Shown: positions 14,909-20,000 of the stretch, one piece after another
Numbering within the stretch: the stretch's first letter is position 1
How the letters are laid out: the number at the start of each line of letters is the position of its first letter
From: an uncultured virus (IMG/VR IMGVR_UViG_3300012665_000858)
Lineage: Duplodnaviria > Heunggongvirae > Uroviricota > Caudoviricetes
Reading direction: 5' to 3' (one strand)
Length of the DNA: 20,000 bases
IMG/VR virus record: IMGVR_UViG_3300012665_000858
Made by a program: the position numbers and the translations under genes
Notes under the pieces: generated by a model
Database searches by the model: none
What the model was told of the DNA's origin: nothing
Seen by the model: only the letters and a program-made list of their open reading frames with translations

Positions 14909-17900
14909 ATGCCTGTAGATATTGGCCGAATTTCCGGCGGAATGCTCAAAGACAACCTGTTGCGAGACGGTGTTGATCTTTCGTTTGAAACTGACTTACT
15001 ATACTTTGATGTTGGTACTAGTCGCCTCGGCATTAAGAATACTGCTCCTAATACTGAAGTAGAAATAACAGGCACTACTAGAAGTACTAATGTAATATCC
15101 ACAGATTTTAGCAACGGTGACATCACTGTAGATTTTTCTAGAATTGCTACAGCACTAGGCGCATTAAACATTACCGCAGTTAATCGTGTAGAAGCCACAG
15201 CAATATCCACAGACGACATTTTTATTAATAATAATATTATTGCTACGACCAGCAGTATTTTATTAGATCAATTAGACGGCGGACCAGCCGTTTCTAATCA
15301 AGATTTCTTTTTAGATTTAGGACTAGCATCCACAACAACATTCGATGATATTATCGATTTAGGAGATGCTGTATTATCTGCCGGAGCATCTAATACTAAC
15401 TTAGAAATTAGACCAAACGGCAACGGAACATTAGAAGTTTACAATGCGTTTAATATCACAGGCAATCTTCACGCTACTGGAGATATTACATTAGACGGTA
15501 CTATTACGTTCGGAACTAACGAAGACGACTCTGTAGATTTTAATGCAGATGTATCCAGCGATATTTTGCCCGACACTGATTCGTTCTACAAGTTAGGCGG
15601 GTCATCGACACGTCGTTGGAACGGGTTGTATACGAATTTAGTAAACGGGCAGTCAGTTACTACCAGCAGTTTGTCAACACCTAGCGGCGTTAACTACGCA
15701 TTACGTCCAGGTAAAATATGGTTTGTTGCCGAAAACGGTGATAACTTAAATCAAGGTGATCACGAAAACGGACCATTTGCCACAATTGAAAAAGCATTGA
15801 GTGTGGCCACAGCAGGCGACACAGTTAAAATATATCCAGGCACATACGCAGAATTATTACCTTTAGTAGTTCCAGCAGGTGTCTCCGTAAACGGATTAGA
15901 ACTACGAAGCGTTACTATTGTTCCAGACACTGCCAGTCAAAGTGAAGACGTATTTCACCTAAATGGTGAAACTACAGTTAACAACTTAACCATCAAAGAC
16001 TTCTACTACGATAGTATAAATGATAAGGGCTATGCGTTCCGTTTTGCTCCAAATGCACGGGTAACTAGTCGCAGTCCTTACATTCAAAATATATCAGTTA
16101 TCACACATGGTACTACAACAACGCCCGACGATCCACGAGGATTTGCCAGTGCGGATGCGGGTAAAGGTGCTTTAGTAGACGGCAGTGAAACAAATTATCT
16201 AACCAAAGAAGCAAGTATGTTATTCCATGCTGTGACATTTATCACACCTGGAGTAGACGCACTGACAATGACCAACGGTGTGCGTGTTGAGTGGTTAAAC
16301 AGTTTTACATATTTTGCCGACAAGGCCATCTATGCCCTACAAGGCACAGGCAGACTAACTGAAGATGGCAGCACATTAGCCTACGGTGCAGAGATTCGCA
16401 GTATTGGTTCAGCAAACGTATACGGTAACTATGGTGCAGTAGCAGACGGCGCCGATACATTAATGTATCTAATTCAACACAACTTTGCTTATATAGGTAC
16501 AGGCAAAGATGCTAGTAACGACGATACTCTGGTAATACAGACCAACGAAACTGTTGAACTAAACAGCGGTCGTGTTTACTATCAAAGCCAAGATCACAAA
16601 GGTACATTCCGTGTTGGTGATTTATTCTACGTTGACTTTGAAAACGGAACTGTGAGTTTTGATGCCAGTAGTTTAGACTCAACCGGCGCCAGCGGACTAA
16701 CAATTACTACCGGCACAGATGTAACTACAATCACCAAAGACTTTGTTACCACAGGTAATTTAAAAATTGCCGGCAATACTGTAGAATCGTTAGTTGGAGA
16801 TGTAAATTTATTATCAGCCAGCGGCGAAACTAATTTAACATTAAACGTTAACGTAGCCAAGGACTTAGATGTTACCGGCGATTTCAGTCTTAGCGGTGAA
16901 TTAATCTTAGGCAATCAAACAGCAGATACAGTAACATTTGGACAAGCACTAAATCAAAACTTTGAACCAGATGTGACAGAAACATACGATTTAGGATCCA
17001 GTTCTAAAGTATGGCGCGATACATATACTTCTGAAGCAAATATTAACGATATTAGAATCCGTGGCAATGTTATTGAAACAACTGTATCTAACAGTGACTT
17101 AGAATTACGTGCTAACTCCGCAGGTATTGTTCACTTAATGGATAATGTGGCGTTTGATCAAGCACTAACAGTCAGCGGTTTAACCACAGCACAATCTGTG
17201 AATATTATTGGAACATTAAACCAAATCGGATCAGTTGTACTATCGGGTAATAAATCAAATACTGGTTTCCTAGATATTAGCGGAACACTAACTGTTGGAT
17301 CTAGTGCATACTTTGATAATGTACAGATAGTTAATAACAGAATTTTTACCAGTGATTCAAACAGTGATTTAGAATTAAGCGCACATGCTTCGGGCGTTGT
17401 TGAAATGCCCGTTGACAATGTCAGTATCACGCAGAGCATGTCAGTGGCAGATGACATTTTTACTACAAATATCACAGCCAGCAACAGATACACTGCCGAA
17501 GAGTTTTATACCAGTGATATTTTAATTAAAGACAATTATATTGCCACAACCACCAGCAACTCAAATCTAGAATTGAGAGGCAATTCGGCAGGCGGCGTAT
17601 TCTTAGAAAGTACCAAGTTTACCAGTAATGTAATTTCTAACGCAGACAACATTGTAGTACAACCAAATACTGCTAAAAATGTAAAATTTAATACAACTGC
17701 CGCAGTATTATTGCCAAAGGGAACTACTGCGGATCGTCCTGCGCCTCAACAGGGCGATATCAGATTTAATACTGCAACCGGTATTTTTGAAGGATATGGT
17801 GCAGCCTTTGGAGGTGTGTATTCCTTAGATAGACAAACTTCTGTGGTAGCAGGTAGTACAGAAAATCTAAACTTTACAGCAAATAATATCTTAACTATGG

Positions 17901-18328
17901 ATATTACTGCCACAAGACTACGCACGAATGGATTGCTAGTAGATAACACATTATTTGATACCAATACTGTAATCACAACTAACAACGATTTAACATTTGC
18001 ACCAGGCGGATCTGGACTTAACAAAGTTGAAAATATAACGTTCGATGCAGAAAATATACAAAATGATCTCAATACAGCGATTACATTATCTAGTACCGGA
18101 CTAGGATATGTAAAACTTATAGGCACTGACGGATTTGTTATTCCTTACGGCGATAATAGCCAGCGTCCAGTCACTGCTGAAGTGGGCGATACTAGATATA
18201 ATATAGAAGAAGGTCAAATTGAAGTATGGGATGGCACTAAGTGGGGTAACGCCGGTGGCGAAGGTGAAACCGTTACACAACAATTCATGGAAGATACTTC
18301 CTATCTTTGGAACCTAATACTAGGTTAA
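14909..18328 (+). CDS. Large virion fibre/baseplate-type protein with a pectin-lyase-like beta-helix domain and internal repeats
   Basis: WFVAENG...GPFATIEKAL..ATAGDTVKIYPGTYAE is a typical beta-helix N-cap. Repeated N.I.T..SNSDLEL..N..G units and two C-terminal P.G....RP.....G..R(F/Y)N units are present. Confidence 0.7.
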   Translation: MPVDIGRISGGMLKDNLLRDGVDLSFETDLLYFDVGTSRLGIKNTAPNTEVEITGTTRSTNVISTDFSNGDITVDFSRIATALGALNITAVNRVEATAISTDDIFINNNIIATTSSILLDQLDGGPAVSNQDFFLDLGLASTTTFDDIIDLGDAVLSAGASNTNLEIRPNGNGTLEVYNAFNITGNLHATGDITLDGTITFGTNEDDSVDFNADVSSDILPDTDSFYKLGGSSTRRWNGLYTNLVNGQSVTTSSLSTPSGVNYALRPGKIWFVAENGDNLNQGDHENGPFATIEKALSVATAGDTVKIYPGTYAELLPLVVPAGVSVNGLELRSVTIVPDTASQSEDVFHLNGETTVNNLTIKDFYYDSINDKGYAFRFAPNARVTSRSPYIQNISVITHGTTTTPDDPRGFASADAGKGALVDGSETNYLTKEASMLFHAVTFITPGVDALTMTNGVRVEWLNSFTYFADKAIYALQGTGRLTEDGSTLAYGAEIRSIGSANVYGNYGAVADGADTLMYLIQHNFAYIGTGKDASNDDTLVIQTNETVELNSGRVYYQSQDHKGTFRVGDLFYVDFENGTVSFDASSLDSTGASGLTITTGTDVTTITKDFVTTGNLKIAGNTVESLVGDVNLLSASGETNLTLNVNVAKDLDVTGDFSLSGELILGNQTADTVTFGQALNQNFEPDVTETYDLGSSSKVWRDTYTSEANINDIRIRGNVIETTVSNSDLELRANSAGIVHLMDNVAFDQALTVSGLTTAQSVNIIGTLNQIGSVVLSGNKSNTGFLDISGTLTVGSSAYFDNVQIVNNRIFTSDSNSDLELSAHASGVVEMPVDNVSITQSMSVADDIFTTNITASNRYTAEEFYTSDILIKDNYIATTTSNSNLELRGNSAGGVFLESTKFTSNVISNADNIVVQPNTAKNVKFNTTAAVLLPKGTTADRPAPQQGDIRFNTATGIFEGYGAAFGGVYSLDRQTSVVAGSTENLNFTANNILTMDITATRLRTNGLLVDNTLFDTNTVITTNNDLTFAPGGSGLNKVENITFDAENIQNDLNTAITLSSTGLGYVKLIGTDGFVIPYGDNSQRPVTAEVGDTRYNIEEGQIEVWDGTKWGNAGGEGETVTQQFMEDTSYLWNLILG

Positions 18329-18341
18329 AAATACAAACGGC

Positions 18342-18347
18342 TAAATA
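18342..18347 (+). promoter_or_regulatory. Late promoter TAAATA
   Basis: cTAAATActa, 13 nt after the stop at 18328. Confidence 0.6.
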
Positions 18348-18351
18348 CTAC

Positions 18352-18477
18352 TAATTACAAAGGCGACCAACCTTTGTATGATTAAACTGTGGTAAACCAG
18401 CAAAGAGCCGTCAAAGCGGCTGCGGAGAAATCCAAAATAGGTTAACCGTGAAACACGGGGTTATCAGGAGTGATGTT
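18352..18477 (+). promoter_or_regulatory. Structured ~125-nt 5' leader (candidate cis-regulatory RNA)
   Basis: Hairpins at 18356-18378, 18390-18399, 18406-18421, 18424-18433 (GAAA loop) and 18446-18458, followed by an AGGAG SD at 18466-18470. Confidence 0.6.
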
Positions 18478-20000
18478 ATGGCCGTTGGTCGCATTTCCGG
18501 TCCGCTCTTAAAGGCAAACCTTCTACGCCAAGGTGTGGACTTAGCCTTTGAGACTGACCTTGTTTACTTACAAGTTACCGATCCAAACTCCGCCAACCAC
18601 AGAGTTGGTATTAAGACCACGAGTCCAACGCACACTCTAACTGTAGACGGCACTACAAAAACAACAAACTTATTAGTAGATACATTAGCAGAAATTGCAG
18701 ACATTAGCATTTCTGGCACAACAGTTTCAACATCACAAAGTGTACTTTCATTAATGCCCAGCGGTGCAAGCCCTGTGGTTTATCAAGCAAAGTTACGAGT
18801 AGACGACATTGAATTAGAAAACAATGTTATCAGAACTCACACAACAGATACAGATTTAGAACTGCGTCCAAACGGCACAGGTACTGTAGAAGTATTTGCC
18901 AACACTAATGTCTATGGTAACATCCATGCCACAGGAAATATCACAGCAGATGGTAATATCACATTAGGTGATGCTAACACAGACAATATTACATTTGCCG
19001 CAGATGTAGCCAGCAATATTATTCCAGATCAGGACAACACCTATACACTAGGTGAAAACGGCAAACGTTGGGCTGACGTATGGACCAACAACTTATTTGC
19101 CGATGTTATCGACACTGGCGACTTAGTTGTAGATAATATTAACTTAAATCTGCGTCAGGGTAACATCATTTATGTTGCTGTAAACGGTAGCGATACCTAC
19201 AGCGGCACACATCAAAACGATCCGTTTTTAACAATCAAACACGCTCTTAGTCAGGCAACCGCAGGCGATACAGTTTATGTATACCCAGGTGACTACGAAG
19301 AAATATTTCCACTAACAGTTCCACAAGGTGTGGCGATTGTTGGTGCTAACATACGTTCTGTGACTATTCGCCCAACAGTGGCAACACGTTCGTTAGACTG
19401 TTTCAAAATGAATGGCGAAACGACTATTCAAGACTTTACAATCACAGGATTCGAACACGAGCCAATCGGCAATACTGGACACGCATTTGTATTTGCACCA
19501 GGTATGACTGTTACTACACGCAGTCCTTATGTAAAGAACATCACAGTTTTAACTTTTGGTAGTAGCGTAAGATTAGGTACAAATGCAGTAGATGATCCTC
19601 GCGGATATGCCGCTGGCGATGCCGGTCACGGCGCATTCTTAGACGGTAGCATTGTTAACGCAAGTAGTAAAGAAGCGGCAATGTTATTCCATGCAGTGAC
19701 ATTTATTACACCTGCGGCTGAAACATTAATTGCTACCAACGGCGCAAGAGTAGAATGGTTAAATTCATTTACATACTTTGCTGATAAAGGTATGTACTTG
19801 TACAGCAGTAGCGAAGGCTTTGCCGGACAAGGTAGAACAGAAGTTAGAGTTACAGGTAACACAGGAACATTTGCCGTAGGTAATACACTGAGTTACTATG
19901 ATACAGACGGAGTTACTTTATTAGGTTCGGGTGTTATCGACGAAGTTGGCACAGATGGTAAAATTTACCTAACGGGTAAAGTTATTGGTTTAGAAACACA
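18478..20000 (+). CDS. Large virion protein, paralogue of 14909-18328 (3'-truncated; absent from the ORF track)
   Basis: Open from ATG 18478 to the window end: MAVGRISGPLLKANLLRQGVDLAFETDL...DPFLTIKHALSQATAGDTVYVYPGDYEE...MLFHAVTFITP...NGARVEWLNSFTYFADKG. It is colinear with the upstream protein. Confidence 0.9.
   Translation, partial: MAVGRISGPLLKANLLRQGVDLAFETDLVYLQVTDPNSANHRVGIKTTSPTHTLTVDGTTKTTNLLVDTLAEIADISISGTTVSTSQSVLSLMPSGASPVVYQAKLRVDDIELENNVIRTHTTDTDLELRPNGTGTVEVFANTNVYGNIHATGNITADGNITLGDANTDNITFAADVASNIIPDQDNTYTLGENGKRWADVWTNNLFADVIDTGDLVVDNINLNLRQGNIIYVAVNGSDTYSGTHQNDPFLTIKHALSQATAGDTVYVYPGDYEEIFPLTVPQGVAIVGANIRSVTIRPTVATRSLDCFKMNGETTIQDFTITGFEHEPIGNTGHAFVFAPGMTVTTRSPYVKNITVLTFGSSVRLGTNAVDDPRGYAAGDAGHGAFLDGSIVNASSKEAAMLFHAVTFITPAAETLIATNGARVEWLNSFTYFADKGMYLYSSSEGFAGQGRTEVRVTGNTGTFAVGNTLSYYDTDGVTLLGSGVIDEVGTDGKIYLTGKVIGLET

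Noticed and set aside
16214..19790. DGR template/variable repeat pair between the similar blocks near 16214-16325 and 19678-19790
   Set aside because: Differences are mostly synonymous and not adenine-specific, both copies lie in intact paralogous CDSs, and there is no reverse transcriptase in the window.
247..19862. Numerous antisense and alternate-frame ORFs in the track (e.g. 4632-5195, 8551-9111, 17746-18126, 3333-3521)
   Set aside because: They lie within or largely overlap well-supported genes, lack SDs or recognisable motifs, and are the expected shadows of biased codon usage.
1..20000. Stop-codon reassignment (none of the called genes ends in TAG)
   Set aside because: Genes are full-length under code 11 with no in-frame TAG or TGA interruptions, and TAA preference is normal in AT-rich phages.

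Overview
Segment of a large T4-like (myovirus-type) phage genome, read in genetic code 11. It begins with the 3' end of a gp46/Rad50-like ATPase, a small hypothetical gene and a stand-alone GIY-YIG nuclease. A ~450-bp non-coding interval follows. It folds into a dense multi-stem RNA with a pseudoknot and ends in GNA-triloop ssDNA-type hairpins. Next come a minus-strand gp26-like baseplate/tail assembly gene with an apparent -1 frameshift extension, and a divergent tape-measure-like gene. The head module follows: portal gp20, two inserted genes including a Maf/MptE-like enzyme, an acidic core protein, protease gp21, scaffold gp22 and capsid gp23. The window ends with a run of virion fibre-type genes, the last two being large paralogues. 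T4-late-like TAAATA promoters recur, and some appear to drive leaderless genes. Best candidates for undescribed biology: the nuclease-adjacent structured RNA/hairpin locus (1803-2250), the TTTTTTC frameshift (2488-2494), and a 5' leader whose loop pairs with the start of its own CDS (18352-18492). All family assignments are by-eye motif recognition; no searches were run.
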